The position numbers were made by a program, and so were the translations under genes. From the NCBI GenBank assembly GCA_965202625.1, contig CBDBBI010000010.1, forward strand, positions 1,184,001 through 1,248,000: a DNA stretch of 64,000 nt, in the 5' to 3' direction. The number at the start of each line of letters is the position of its first letter. The first letter of the stretch is position 1. The stretch comes from a bacterium (lineage in GTDB: Bacteria; UBA8248). Below the pieces are notes generated by a model. The model saw only the letters and a program-made list of their open reading frames with translations, ran no database searches and was not told the DNA's origin. Of this stretch, positions 49,166-59,259 are shown piece after piece.

Positions 49166-50467
49166 CTACAGCTTGAACAAACGATCGTTTTGCTCGAAAT
49201 CCGCAAAGGCGTTCCGGGTGTCCACGATGCACCCCGCATGATCGTAGATGCACTTTCGATCCAGTCGTTTGTGGTTCGCCAGCACTACCACGCAGTCGTA
49301 TTCACCAAGCGAATCCGCGCTGATGGGCCGGGATTGCGCTTGTATAAAGTCGAAGTCGAGCTCCGGAACGTGGGGGTCCGAATAATGAACGCGCACACCC
49401 CGCCTCTGAAGGTGGTGCCAGACGTCCAGAGCGGGGCTCTCCCGAATGTCGCTCACGTCCGCTTTGTAGGTTACCCCTACCAGCAGTGCGCTAGAGCCTT
49501 TCAGCGCCTTGCCTCTCTCGTTCAGTGCCCTGACAATGAGCTCCACGACGAACGAAGGCATCGAGCTGTTTATCTGATCAGCCAACTCAATGAACCTCGC
49601 GTCGAATCCCGCCTGCCGCACCTTCCAAGACAGGTACATGGGGTCCACGGGAATGCAATGCCCGCCGAGACCCGGACCGGGATAAAACGGCATGAAGCCA
49701 AACGGCTTCGTTTTCGCCGCCTCGATCACCTCCCAAATATCCACTTCGAGGGCGTGGCACATTTTCGCCATCTCGTTCACCATGCCGATGTTGACGCTGC
49801 GAAACGTATTTTCCAGCAATTTCACCATTTCGGCGATTCGGGGAGAGGTGACCCGCACGACGCGGTCAACGCCTCTCTCATAAAAGGCACAGGCGCAATC
49901 CGCGCAGTTTCGCGTCACGCCGCCCACGATTTTAGGGATATTTCTGATGTTGTATCGCTCGCTTCCCGGATCAACGCGCTCAGGGGAGAACGCCAGATAA
50001 AAATCATCGCCCACCTTCCATCCGTTCGCCGACAGAGAAGGCAAGATGATCTCCTCGGTCGTTCCCGGGTAGGTGGTGCTCTCGAGCACGTAAAGCTGCC
50101 CCCGCCTCCTGTGCCGCAGTATGCTCTCCAGGGCGGACTGAACGAAGGACAAGTCCGGCTCCCCCGTCTTTCCGAGCGGCGTGGGAACGCAAATGCTGAT
50201 GGCGTCCGCCTCCGCAAGCACTCGCGGATCGGAGGTGAACTCCAACCGATTCGCCTCAGACAAGCCCTCGGCCAAGCTCTCTGAGGGAACGTCCGTAATA
50301 TAGCTTCTCCCCTCTTGCAAAGCGCAGACGCGAGCGGGGTTTACTTCCAGGCCAACGACCCGATAGCCGGCGCGCACGAACTCCAGGGTGAGCGGGAGAC
50401 CGACATACCCCAAGCCCATCACACACACGCGAATCTGTTTTTTCCGTATCTTCTCAATGAGCCGCAC
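49166..50467 (-). CDS. Nucleotide-sugar dehydrogenase (UDP-N-acetylhexosamine 6-dehydrogenase-like)
   Basis: GLGYVGLP, CVPTP, ESTTYPGTT, SPERVDPG, GGHCIPVDP and DIRESP motifs. Confidence 0.93.
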   Translation of the reverse strand: MRLIEKIRKKQIRVCVMGLGYVGLPLTLEFVRAGYRVVGLEVNPARVCALQEGRSYITDVPSESLAEGLSEANRLEFTSDPRVLAEADAISICVPTPLGKTGEPDLSFVQSALESILRHRRRGQLYVLESTTYPGTTEEIILPSLSANGWKVGDDFYLAFSPERVDPGSERYNIRNIPKIVGGVTRNCADCACAFYERGVDRVVRVTSPRIAEMVKLLENTFRSVNIGMVNEMAKMCHALEVDIWEVIEAAKTKPFGFMPFYPGPGLGGHCIPVDPMYLSWKVRQAGFDARFIELADQINSSMPSFVVELIVRALNERGKALKGSSALLVGVTYKADVSDIRESPALDVWHHLQRRGVRVHYSDPHVPELDFDFIQAQSRPISADSLGEYDCVVVLANHKRLDRKCIYDHAGCIVDTRNAFADFEQNDRLFKL

Positions 50468-50911
50468 AGTTTCTCCACGACACGAAAAAGACGGGGGAAT
50501 TCATTCGGAAAGAATCGTTACCCCTCGCAATGCGCAGTGCCCCTTGTTACACCATCCCCCGAAAGATGCCAAGGAAAGGAGTGGAACAATCTGGAACCAG
50601 TCGACGCGCGCCTTCCATTCCGGTAATGAACGGAAAGTCGAAAACCTCCTCGCTCCAAGCACGCGGGGTTCACGTCGCATTCAAGGACGGCGGCAAACGC
50701 ACGCCCGGCGTCTCAGGATAAATGCGGAATTTCGGCCAAAAAACGAAGGGGTAGAGAGGCGCGCCAGTTTCTTGGGAGAGGCTCATTTCGCGCAGATCGC
50801 ATAGGAGAGCCAAAGGCGGATGAGGGCGCGAGCGTATGGCGGGGAGGGCTCCGCGCCCTCGGCACTCTCGATGTCGGGATGCGCAGCCGATAGCGCGCGA
50901 CACGCTCAACG

Positions 50912-51592
50912 TCAAACGTTCATGGCGCGGACAAGGGGCGCGCCCTCGTGATAATCGATCACGTTCAGCGCCGCGAAGTCCTGCTCCAGCCTGAAAAAGC
51001 TATCGAGCGGAGCGCTTAAGGCGTCGCACAAAATCACCCGGTTCACCGCCGCGTGCGCGCTGATGATGAGGTTCTTCTCCTTCTCCCTGGCGCACATCTC
51101 GGAAAACGCGGGAAGAACCCGCCCGGCGAGCATCGCCAGGGACTCCCCGCCGCCGGGAGGCCTGGAATGAACAAAATTCTCATAATGCGCGGCCAACCGT
51201 CGGGGCTCCTTTCTTCTGAGAGCAGAATGCGTCTCCCCCTCCCAATCGCCCAGGTGAAGCTCAGCGATGCAGGCGACGATTCGGGGCCGCAGCCCCAGGC
51301 CCATCTCCTCGGAGAGAATCTCCGCCGTCCTCACGGAGCGGACGAGGGGGCTGGCGTAAAGTGCCGTCTCGCCCTCCATCAGCCATTCATGGACGCGCTC
51401 CGCCGAGGCCCGAACCTGCGCCTCGCCCTCCGCCAGGAGCGGTGCGTCCGTGCTGCCGTGAAAGCGCCCTTCTTTCGACCCTTCAGCCGCGCCATGCCTC
51501 AGCAAGAGAACGCGCGTGGCAGCTCCCGCCTTGTTCGGCATGGAAACCGTAGAATCGGCTCGCCTGCGCCTCACGCTTTTCTCTCCACTCAT
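50912..51592 (-). CDS. Histidine phosphatase family protein (CobC-like)
   Basis: LLRHG, SPLVRSVRTA, GDWEG, GGESL and HAAVNR motifs. Start is uncertain (51592 or 51541). Confidence 0.85.
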   Translation of the reverse strand: MSGEKSVRRRRADSTVSMPNKAGAATRVLLLRHGAAEGSKEGRFHGSTDAPLLAEGEAQVRASAERVHEWLMEGETALYASPLVRSVRTAEILSEEMGLGLRPRIVACIAELHLGDWEGETHSALRRKEPRRLAAHYENFVHSRPPGGGESLAMLAGRVLPAFSEMCAREKEKNLIISAHAAVNRVILCDALSAPLDSFFRLEQDFAALNVIDYHEGAPLVRAMNV

Positions 51593-51707
51593 CCTCCACA
51601 GAAGGAGGCTCCGTTTTCCGCGCCCACAACGCGCCCCAAGGGCACACCTCAAAGAAGGCTAAGAGTCAATCCTCGTCATCCATAGCGGCGAAGTAGTCAG
51701 TAAACAG

Positions 51708-51950
51708 TCATTCGGTCACGCATTTATAAACGCTGATACAATGAGACGGGCAGTCACTCCTTATAGTCGCCACTTGCTTACCTCTGGCGGCGCAATATTC
51801 CTGCGCTCCTTTAAACGCATCCATCACCCTAGCGGTTCCATGTTCTGTTGATAAGTTATCGCCAGAAATCATTTGTGGTGGGATGGTGCCGCAAGCAGAA
51901 GCTGTAACCGCTACTATACCCATAAAGCAAATATTCCTAATTATTTTAAT
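51708..51950 (-). CDS. Small putative lipoprotein, start codon atypical or mutated
   Basis: KIIRNICFMGIVAVTASA-C lipobox, four more Cys, low GC. AAGGAG lies 8 nt before an in-frame ATT. Confidence 0.55.
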   Translation of the reverse strand: MKIIRNICFMGIVAVTASACGTIPPQMISGDNLSTEHGTARVMDAFKGAQEYCAARGKQVATIRSDCPSHCISVYKCVTE

Positions 51951-52079
51951 GTGTTTAACTCCTTTTCGATCATAAGGTCGCCAACAGACACCCACCAGAA
52001 ATTATACGAATAATTGAAAATGTATTGTAGGCAAAAAAATATGTGGTGAAAATATGGGAGCGCCGGCACTTGTCTTGCG

Positions 52080-52481
52080 CTATTTCGTGGCCAGGGAGAC
52101 GTCCTGTATCCCCGCTTGAGAGACGACGCCCATCACCCTCACCACGTAGCCGTAACCGAGGCGCTTATCCGCCTTGATCGTCAGAGAGGGCTTGAACTTC
52201 CCCTCTTTGACGCCCGCCTTGAGCGCGCCCGCAAGGTCATCAAGCGCCACCGGCGCGCCGTTCAGGGAAATACGCCGCTCCACTCCCACCTCAAGGAGAA
52301 ACGATTTTTTCTCCACCACCTCCGTGCTCGACTTCGACTCGGGCAGTTCGATATCCATCCGGCGGGTGAAATCCACGAAAGAGGTGGACACCATGAAAAA
52401 GATCAAGAGCAGGAAAACGACGTCTATCAACGACGTGAGCTGGAGGCTGTAATCTTCCTCCTCGCCACTGCGAAAGCGCAT
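52080..52481 (-). CDS. ExbD/TolR family protein
   Basis: LTSLIDVVFLLLIFFMV and IKADKRLGYGYVVRVM motifs. Confidence 0.93.
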   Translation of the reverse strand: MRFRSGEEEDYSLQLTSLIDVVFLLLIFFMVSTSFVDFTRRMDIELPESKSSTEVVEKKSFLLEVGVERRISLNGAPVALDDLAGALKAGVKEGKFKPSLTIKADKRLGYGYVVRVMGVVSQAGIQDVSLATK

Positions 52482-53279
52482 TCACGGCTCCTTCGAAACC
52501 GCCCGCACCGCCTCGTCATGGGGCGGCGCATCCGGACCCGCTTCGGGTTTTCCCGCGTGTGCCGCCACCTTCTGCAGGAGCGAGAGGGCGATAGACTCGA
52601 TCTCGAACAGGAAGCGATCCCCGCGCGCGCGGAAAAAGTGATACGCCGCCAGCGCCGGAATGCCGATCAAAAGGCCCGCCGCCGTGGTGAGGAGCGCCTC
52701 TGAAATCCCCTCCGCCACCAGGTTCGGGTTGCCCGTCCCCGCGCGGCTGATGACGTCGAAAGCGCGAATCATGCCGATGACGGTGCCGAACAGGCCCAGC
52801 ATCGGCGCCAGATTCGCGATGACGCCCAAGGTGCGAAGATTGCGTGAGAGAGCGGTGGACTCGTGCTCGCCCGCGCCGATCATGCCGCGCTCCATCTCGC
52901 CGATTCCCAGACGCCGCCTCGCCAGCCCCGCTTGCAGCACGCGCGCGAGTGGGGCGTCGAACCGCCCACAGATCTGAGCGGCGCCCTCCAGATTGCCGCG
53001 ATTCCAATACACCTCGGAGGCGGTCACAAGCCCGGCGGGCAGAATCTTCTTTCGTCTGAGAGAGACAAGCCGCTCGAGGGCCACCATGAGCGCGACGACC
53101 GAGCAGCACCCCAGGGGGATCATCGTATAGCCCCCCTTCTTCAGCAGCTCCCACGCCCTGGGCGTGAAGCCCCACCAGGAAGCGGCCGGGGCGGCGAATG
53201 CGGGTGCGTCGGCGAGCAGCAGAAAAGCAACCGCCAGACCTGCGGCGATGCCCCACGTTCTGGTGCTCTCATCTTTCAT
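52482..53279 (-). CDS. MotA/TolQ/ExbB proton channel family protein
   Basis: APMLGLFGTVIGMIRAF and GISEALLTTAAGL motifs. Confidence 0.93.
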   Translation of the reverse strand: MKDESTRTWGIAAGLAVAFLLLADAPAFAAPAASWWGFTPRAWELLKKGGYTMIPLGCCSVVALMVALERLVSLRRKKILPAGLVTASEVYWNRGNLEGAAQICGRFDAPLARVLQAGLARRRLGIGEMERGMIGAGEHESTALSRNLRTLGVIANLAPMLGLFGTVIGMIRAFDVISRAGTGNPNLVAEGISEALLTTAAGLLIGIPALAAYHFFRARGDRFLFEIESIALSLLQKVAAHAGKPEAGPDAPPHDEAVRAVSKEP

Positions 53280-53280
53280 G

Positions 53281-53979
53281 CTAGAGGGCATTTGCGAGCG
53301 CTCCCAGAAACCGGGCCGGGTCGGCTTCCATGATGACCCGCGCACCGAACACCTCCGCGCAAAAGGGAATGAGCTCGCGCGCAAGTTCCGGAAGCGGCGG
53401 TGCGCTCCCCAGAAGCCTCTCCACCGAAGTCGCGCGGCCGCCCACCTCGCCGCAGGGGTGCATCATCTCGAAGCATCTCAGATCGGGAGCCACGTTGAAC
53501 GAAACGCCGTGCATCGTCACCCAGCGTCTCGCGCCCACGCCCAGAGAGAGAATTTTCTCATCGCGCACCCAAAGACCCGGACTCCCCTCCCGCCTATTCG
53601 CGCGGAGTCCCCTTTTTTCAAGATAGCACAGAAAAATCTCCTCCAGCCGCCGGCAATGGAGATGCACGTCGCGCTCCCGATCTCTCAGGTCGCATATGGC
53701 GTAGAACATCAACTGGCCCGGGCCGTGAAAGGTCACCTCGCCGCCTCGGTTGATCCGGATGAGGGGAACCCGCGCGCCATCCACGGGCGAATGCCTCTGG
53801 AGCACGTTTTCCTCATCCCCGCCCTTGCCCAGCGTCATGACGGGCTCATGCTCAAGCAGGAGAAAAACGTCCTCTCGCAGGCGGCCTCCGGCGCGCTCCT
53901 CCCAAAGGCGCTTTTGCAACTCCCACGCCTCCTCAAACGCCACCCGCCCCAGGAAGGCGGCACTGATCGCCCTATTCAA
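53281..53979 (-). CDS. lipB: Lipoyl(octanoyl) transferase
   Basis: LEHEPVMTLG, RGGEVTFHGPGQ, HGVSFNV and PCG motifs. Confidence 0.95.
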   Translation of the reverse strand: MNRAISAAFLGRVAFEEAWELQKRLWEERAGGRLREDVFLLLEHEPVMTLGKGGDEENVLQRHSPVDGARVPLIRINRGGEVTFHGPGQLMFYAICDLRDRERDVHLHCRRLEEIFLCYLEKRGLRANRREGSPGLWVRDEKILSLGVGARRWVTMHGVSFNVAPDLRCFEMMHPCGEVGGRATSVERLLGSAPPLPELARELIPFCAEVFGARVIMEADPARFLGALANAL

Positions 53980-56900
53980 AATGGACGGCTCCGGCGCCTA
54001 GCAACTCTCCGAGCTCCGCAGTCAGCTCCGAGGTCGGGGCCACCACGTATTCCGGGCCCGCCTCAATGCGCACCTCACGACCGGGAAATCGCAGCGTGAG
54101 GAGCACGGCGCAATTCCCCGGATGCCGGCTCAAGGCATCACGCAGACATTCGAGGCGATTGGGCGCGCAGCGCTCCGGCCCCAAATCGACCAACACCCTG
54201 CTCGCGCGCTTCAATTCCACGCCGGATAAAGGCTCGATGGCGCGCACCACCACCTGCACTCCGTCCTCGGCGGCCTCGGCGACGCCCTCGACGAGGACGG
54301 GCGCCTCGCTCTCCAGGATTTCGTGGCAATTCTCGAACACATCCGGAAACAAGGTCATCTCCGCCGTGCCCACCTGATCCTCGAGCACGAAATTCGCCAT
54401 GCGCCGGCCCGCGCGCGTCGTGCGCAGCCGCGAGGATCGGATGAGTCCCGCCATCTTGAGCTTGCGTCCGTTCGAGGCGTCGGCGAGCCCCAAGGTGTCG
54501 ACGTTGGCGAAGCGGCCGATGACCTCCGCGTGATCGTCAAGCGGATGGCCCGAGACGTAAAAGCCCAGCACCTCGCGCTCGTTGGCGAGACGCTCGCCGT
54601 CCTCCCACTCCGCCACCTCCGGGAAGTGAAGCGCGGCTTTGGGCGCGTCCTCCCCCTTGAACAGGGAACCCTGCCCCACGGCGACGCTTTTTTGCTCCCG
54701 CACCGCAGCTTCAAGCACGATGTCCAGAGAAGCCATCGCCTGCGCGCGCCCCACCCCCAGGGAATCAAATGCGGCCGCCTTGATGAGGCTCTCCATCGCC
54801 CGCCTGTTCAGGTTTCGATACTCCACCCGCCTGCAAAAATCCTCCAGATTCTCGAACGGCTCCTCCTCGCTTCGGCTGGCGAGAACGGCGTCCACCAGCG
54901 CCTCGCCCACGTTTTTCACCGCCGCCAGGCCAAAGCGGATGGCGTCCTCCTCCACCGTAAAATCCTTCTGGCTGGCGTTCACGTCCGGAGGGAGCATGGA
55001 AATCCCCATGCTCCGGCACTCGGCGATGTCCTTGATCACCTTGTCGGCACTCTCCCTGTCGCACGTGAGAAGCGCCGACATGAACTCGCGCGGGTGGTGC
55101 GCTTTCATATAGGCCGTGCGGTAGGCCACCAGGGCGTAGGCCGCGCTGTGGCTCTTGTTGAACCCGTAGCCGGCGAACTGCTGAATCTGATCCCACAGGC
55201 GCTCGACCTTCCCCCGCTCATGCCCTCGCGCGACGGCCCCCTCGACGAAGTCGGAGCGCTGCTCCGCCATGAGCTCCGGGCTTTTCTTGCCCATCGCCTT
55301 GCGCAGCACGTCCGCCCGCCCCAGAGAGAAGCCGGAGAGCGCGCTCGAGATCTGCATGACCTGCTCCTGATACACCATGACGCCGTAGGTACTCTCGAGT
55401 ATGGGACGCAGCGCGTCAAAGAAATAATCAATTTCGGCGCGCCCGTGCTTCCTGTTGATGAAAGCGTCCACCATGCCGCTCTCCAACGGGCCGGGCCGGT
55501 AGAGTGCGACCATGGCGATCAAGTCCTCAAACGTGGAGGGGAGGAGCTTTCGGAGGTACTCGCGAATCCCCCGGCTCTCCAGCTGAAAGATGCCGGTCGT
55601 CTTGCCTTCGGCGATCAGACGATAGGTCGTCTCGTCACTGAGGTCCAGCGTCTCCAGGTCAAGGTCCACGCCCGTCTCGCACACGAGGTTCACCGCGCGC
55701 TCGAGCACCGTCAGCGTCTTGAGACCCAGAAAATCCATCTTGAGAATGCCGAGTTCCTCGATGTCCTTCATGTCGAACTGGGTCATCACCTCGCCGCCCG
55801 ACGCCCGGTAGAGCGGCACGAAGTCTGTGAGCTTCGAGGGCGCGATGACCACGCCCGCCGCGTGCGTTCCCGCGTGGCGGATGTTGCCCTCCAGCTTTCT
55901 GGCCGTGTCCATCAACTTGCGCACATTGGGGTCGCGCGCCACGGTGTCGTTCAGACGCGGCTCCTTCCGCATCGCGTCGTCCAGGGTGATCTTGAGTTCG
56001 TTGGGCACCAGTTTGGCGATGCGGTCCACCTCGCCGTAGGGTATGTCCATGACCCGGCCAACGTCGCGCAAGACGCCCTTCGCCAACATGCTTCCGAAGG
56101 TGATGATCTGGCACACGTTCTCGCGCCCGTATTTATCCTGCACGTAGCGGATGACCTCGTCGCGCCGCTCCATGCAGAAATCAATGTCCACGTCCGGCGG
56201 GCTGATGCGATCGGGATTCAGGAAGCGCTCGAAGAGGAGGGAGTATTTCAGGGGGTCAATGCCTGTGATGCCCAGCGCGTAGGCGGCCAAGCTCCCCGCC
56301 GCTGAACCCCGGCCCGGCCCTACGGGAATGCCCTGCTCCTTGGCGTAGCGGATGAAGTCCGACACGATGAGGAAATAGCCCTCGTAATTCTGACCGCTGA
56401 TGACGTCGAGCTCCATCCGCAGCCGCTCCCGGTAGAGTGCGGCCTCGGCGCCCTCGACGCCCCCGCGCGCGAGCCTGCGCGCGAGCCCTTCCTCGGCGGT
56501 GCGCCTGAGGTATTCCTTCTTGTCGGCGCCGTCTGGAGTCTTGAAGTCTGGATAATGCGCCGCCCCGAAATCAAACTCGAAATCGCACTGCTCGGCGATG
56601 GCGAGCGTGTTGGCAAGCGCCCCGGGCGCCTCGCCGAGGAGCGCTTCCATCTCCCCGGTGTCCTTCATGTAGAATTCCTCGCTCTTGATCGACATGCGCT
56701 TGGGGTCGTTCAGGGTCTTGCCCGTCTGAATGCAGATGAGCACCTCCTGCGCGCTGTGATCTCCCTTGTCCAGGTAATGCACGTCGTTGGTGGCGACGAG
56801 GGGCAGATCCATCTCCTTGGCCAAGGCGATGACCTGGGGGATGACCCGCTTGTCCTCCTCCATGCCGTGATCCTGGAGCTCGAGGTAATAGCGTTCCGGA

Positions 56901-57403
56901 AAAAGCTCCTTGTAGAACCCGGCCGCCTCGCGCGCCGCCGCCTCCCGACCGTGCAGGAGATGGTCGTTCACCTCGCCGCGCAGACAGGCGGAGGTGCAGA
57001 TGAGGCCCTCGGCGTGCGAAACGAGAAGCTCCCGGTCAATTCTCGGAAAGTAATACATACCCTCGGTGAAGCCCCGCGTGACGAGCTCGCACAGATTGTT
57101 GTAGCCCGTCTGGTTCTGGGCGAGCAGCAGCATGTGATAGGCCCGTCCCCCGCCGTTCGTCCCGCCCTTGTCGAAGCGGCTGCCGGGGGCGACGTATACC
57201 TCGCAGCCGATGATGGGCTTGACGCCGGCTTTTCTCGCCGCCTCGTAGAACTTCACCGCGCCAAACATGTTTCCATGGTCGGTGAGCGCGACGGCGGGCT
57301 GCCCGAATTCGGCGGCCCGCCTCACCAGATCGTCAATTCGCGTGGCGCCGTCGAGAAGGCTGTATTGAGAGTGCAGGTGCAGATGAACGAATTCGGCCGG
57401 CAT
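53972..57403 (-). CDS. dnaE: DNA polymerase III subunit alpha
   Basis: PHP domain HLHSQYSLLDG, GPGRGSAAGS, PDVDIDF and YGFNKSH. No intein. Confidence 0.99.
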   Translation of the reverse strand: MPAEFVHLHLHSQYSLLDGATRIDDLVRRAAEFGQPAVALTDHGNMFGAVKFYEAARKAGVKPIIGCEVYVAPGSRFDKGGTNGGGRAYHMLLLAQNQTGYNNLCELVTRGFTEGMYYFPRIDRELLVSHAEGLICTSACLRGEVNDHLLHGREAAAREAAGFYKELFPERYYLELQDHGMEEDKRVIPQVIALAKEMDLPLVATNDVHYLDKGDHSAQEVLICIQTGKTLNDPKRMSIKSEEFYMKDTGEMEALLGEAPGALANTLAIAEQCDFEFDFGAAHYPDFKTPDGADKKEYLRRTAEEGLARRLARGGVEGAEAALYRERLRMELDVISGQNYEGYFLIVSDFIRYAKEQGIPVGPGRGSAAGSLAAYALGITGIDPLKYSLLFERFLNPDRISPPDVDIDFCMERRDEVIRYVQDKYGRENVCQIITFGSMLAKGVLRDVGRVMDIPYGEVDRIAKLVPNELKITLDDAMRKEPRLNDTVARDPNVRKLMDTARKLEGNIRHAGTHAAGVVIAPSKLTDFVPLYRASGGEVMTQFDMKDIEELGILKMDFLGLKTLTVLERAVNLVCETGVDLDLETLDLSDETTYRLIAEGKTTGIFQLESRGIREYLRKLLPSTFEDLIAMVALYRPGPLESGMVDAFINRKHGRAEIDYFFDALRPILESTYGVMVYQEQVMQISSALSGFSLGRADVLRKAMGKKSPELMAEQRSDFVEGAVARGHERGKVERLWDQIQQFAGYGFNKSHSAAYALVAYRTAYMKAHHPREFMSALLTCDRESADKVIKDIAECRSMGISMLPPDVNASQKDFTVEEDAIRFGLAAVKNVGEALVDAVLASRSEEEPFENLEDFCRRVEYRNLNRRAMESLIKAAAFDSLGVGRAQAMASLDIVLEAAVREQKSVAVGQGSLFKGEDAPKAALHFPEVAEWEDGERLANEREVLGFYVSGHPLDDHAEVIGRFANVDTLGLADASNGRKLKMAGLIRSSRLRTTRAGRRMANFVLEDQVGTAEMTLFPDVFENCHEILESEAPVLVEGVAEAAEDGVQVVVRAIEPLSGVELKRASRVLVDLGPERCAPNRLECLRDALSRHPGNCAVLLTLRFPGREVRIEAGPEYVVAPTSELTAELGELLGAGAVHFE

Positions 57404-57608
57404 GACGACTCCTGTTCCCTGGGCTTGGTATTTTATGGCTTCACCGCTTTATAAACTGGCAATGCGAGGAGTTGCGCTCCATGCCCTCTCCGCACATCCT
57501 ACAAGAACGAGAAGGGCGATGAGAAATGGACAGGGACGCGCGCATCATGCAATTCACTCTCGCTCAATCGCGGGCGGCGTCCTGGAGAAGACGTCATACG
57601 CCGCGCGC

Positions 57609-58130
57609 CTAGTTGTGGAAACCCCTGAATTCCACGACGTCTTGAACGAGATTTCCCCTGTAGCGCAAGTTCTCATGCAAATTCGTATTCAGCACGACCC
57701 TTATCTTCAGATTTCCCTTTGGCAAGTTATCCATAAAATGCGAACTGCCATAGAGTCTCGTTATCTTCTTCCCGTTGACGTAGAGGTGCGCGTGTCCCTC
57801 CTTGATCCTGGAAGTCTTGTTGACCTCCTCGGGCGCGAATCGGAAATTTTCCAGATCGAGAAACAAATTGAGCGCACCTCTGGAGTGGGCGTCTCTCTCC
57901 AGGCGTATCTTCACGCTCGGCGGGTTCTCGTAGTCGGCGGGAATCACCTTCACGGTATGCTTCATCCCGCCGGCGCGGGGCTCGTGCATCCCATGCCCAT
58001 GTTCTTTCTTGTCGCGGTTCTGGGCGAACAGCGCATCACCACGGGGACTCGCTACCAGAAGAAGCGAGGCCAGGAAAAAGGACGAAACCACGATGATCCA
58101 GGGCTTCCCCGCGCGATATATCTTCTTCAT
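57609..58130 (-). CDS. Exported His-rich hypothetical protein (possible metal-binding)
   Basis: Signal peptide, HGHGMH stretch, EGHAHLYVNGKKITRLYG and LNTNLHE. Confidence 0.7.
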   Translation of the reverse strand: MKKIYRAGKPWIIVVSSFFLASLLLVASPRGDALFAQNRDKKEHGHGMHEPRAGGMKHTVKVIPADYENPPSVKIRLERDAHSRGALNLFLDLENFRFAPEEVNKTSRIKEGHAHLYVNGKKITRLYGSSHFMDNLPKGNLKIRVVLNTNLHENLRYRGNLVQDVVEFRGFHN

Positions 58131-58351
58131 CGTTCATCTCCCCCATCGCTCTTCAGACGCGGCGGCGCGCCTCGGAGCCAAAATTCCGCGCAACGCGCTG
58201 TTTTCAAGCATCAAGCCTGTGCCCGCGCAACAACTTTTTGCTTTCGTCTCTTAACGGAGTTCGCAACCTCTTCGTCGCCCTATCGTCTTTCCCTGTCATT
58301 TGGGAATGGACGTTTTCGCTCCCGCTGCCTTGTGAAAACCGGAGAGAAAAG

Positions 58352-59053
58352 ATGCGCAAATTTCCGCTCCTCATTATTATCGCCTTCCTCTGGGGATGTA
58401 AAACTTCATCCGTCACGTTCTTCGATACGGGCAATAGAGCGACCTATAAAGACGAGGACTGGAACACGGCGTTCTACGAGAACTGCGACGTTCCGAAATC
58501 CTCCATCAAATGGGTGCAAGAAGGCGATGAGAGGTTCTTGCGCTTCACGCTCAAAAACAAACAAATCGGAGGATGTCGCTCCGACGCTGCGGCCAGGCAT
58601 CGCGCGCCATACTGGGAACGCGCAGAGATAAAGCAGGCGAGCACCCTGAAAGACGATGCAGATTACGGGCTGACCTTCAGGATGAGGCTCGTAAAAGGAT
58701 TCACCCACGAGAGAGAAGCCTTTTTTCAAATGCACCAAAGCGTGAAAGGCTGCAGGGCGGGGCCTCCGCTCATGTTCAAGTTTCAAAACGGGCGTTTCAA
58801 GGGGAGCGTCCACGTCAATGACGTTATCGGGAAATGGGTGGATGTGAGAATGGAGTTCAACATCAAGAAATCGCGTTACGACCTGTATTTTGACGGCGGG
58901 AAAATCGTGGCCGATGGATACTTTTCCGTTGCGTCATGCGGAGAGCCGCATTTCAAATTCGGAATATATCGCCCCGGAGACAGGGGGGAGGTGGGAGAAA
59001 GGATATCCGTATTGGATATCGATAAAATCCAGCTGGTGGAAATGAAGAAATAA
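58352..59053 (+). CDS. Polysaccharide lyase-like (beta-jelly-roll) lipoprotein
   Basis: MRKFPLLIIIAFLWG-C lipobox. RAEI, FQMH and FKFGIYR resemble the RxE, QxH and YFKxGxY lyase motifs. Confidence 0.7.
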   Translation: MRKFPLLIIIAFLWGCKTSSVTFFDTGNRATYKDEDWNTAFYENCDVPKSSIKWVQEGDERFLRFTLKNKQIGGCRSDAAARHRAPYWERAEIKQASTLKDDADYGLTFRMRLVKGFTHEREAFFQMHQSVKGCRAGPPLMFKFQNGRFKGSVHVNDVIGKWVDVRMEFNIKKSRYDLYFDGGKIVADGYFSVASCGEPHFKFGIYRPGDRGEVGERISVLDIDKIQLVEMKK

Positions 59054-59259
59054 AAGTCTTCGCGCAAGCGATGAGTTTCGTCCGCCGCTTACTCCCACGC
59101 AATGGCAACGTTGATTTTTCTCGCTTATCATCCATTCGTCATGGAACGCCCTCCGCACTGCCTTCCGCTCTGCTTCTCGCCGCGCAATCGGCCACATGGC
59201 AATCGTGTTATGAGGCCGTTCACGCCAAACAGAATAAGAAGTTCAAAATTTCTTACACA

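Noticed and set aside
48551-50284. 577-aa plus-strand ORF, and similar long ORFs at 5155-6744, 54323-56305, 57402-58631, 61906-63138 and 27874-29055
   Set aside because: These are mostly antisense shadows of well-supported genes in GC-rich DNA and have no recognisable motifs.
50468-50911. Cobalamin riboswitch or other ncRNA beside the CobC-like gene
   Set aside because: No B12-box or other conserved motif was recognisable, and the region lies downstream of that gene. A covariance-model search would be needed to exclude an ncRNA.
34751-57403. Inteins in RecA or DnaE
   Set aside because: Both proteins have normal lengths (364 and 1143 aa) and continuous motifs.
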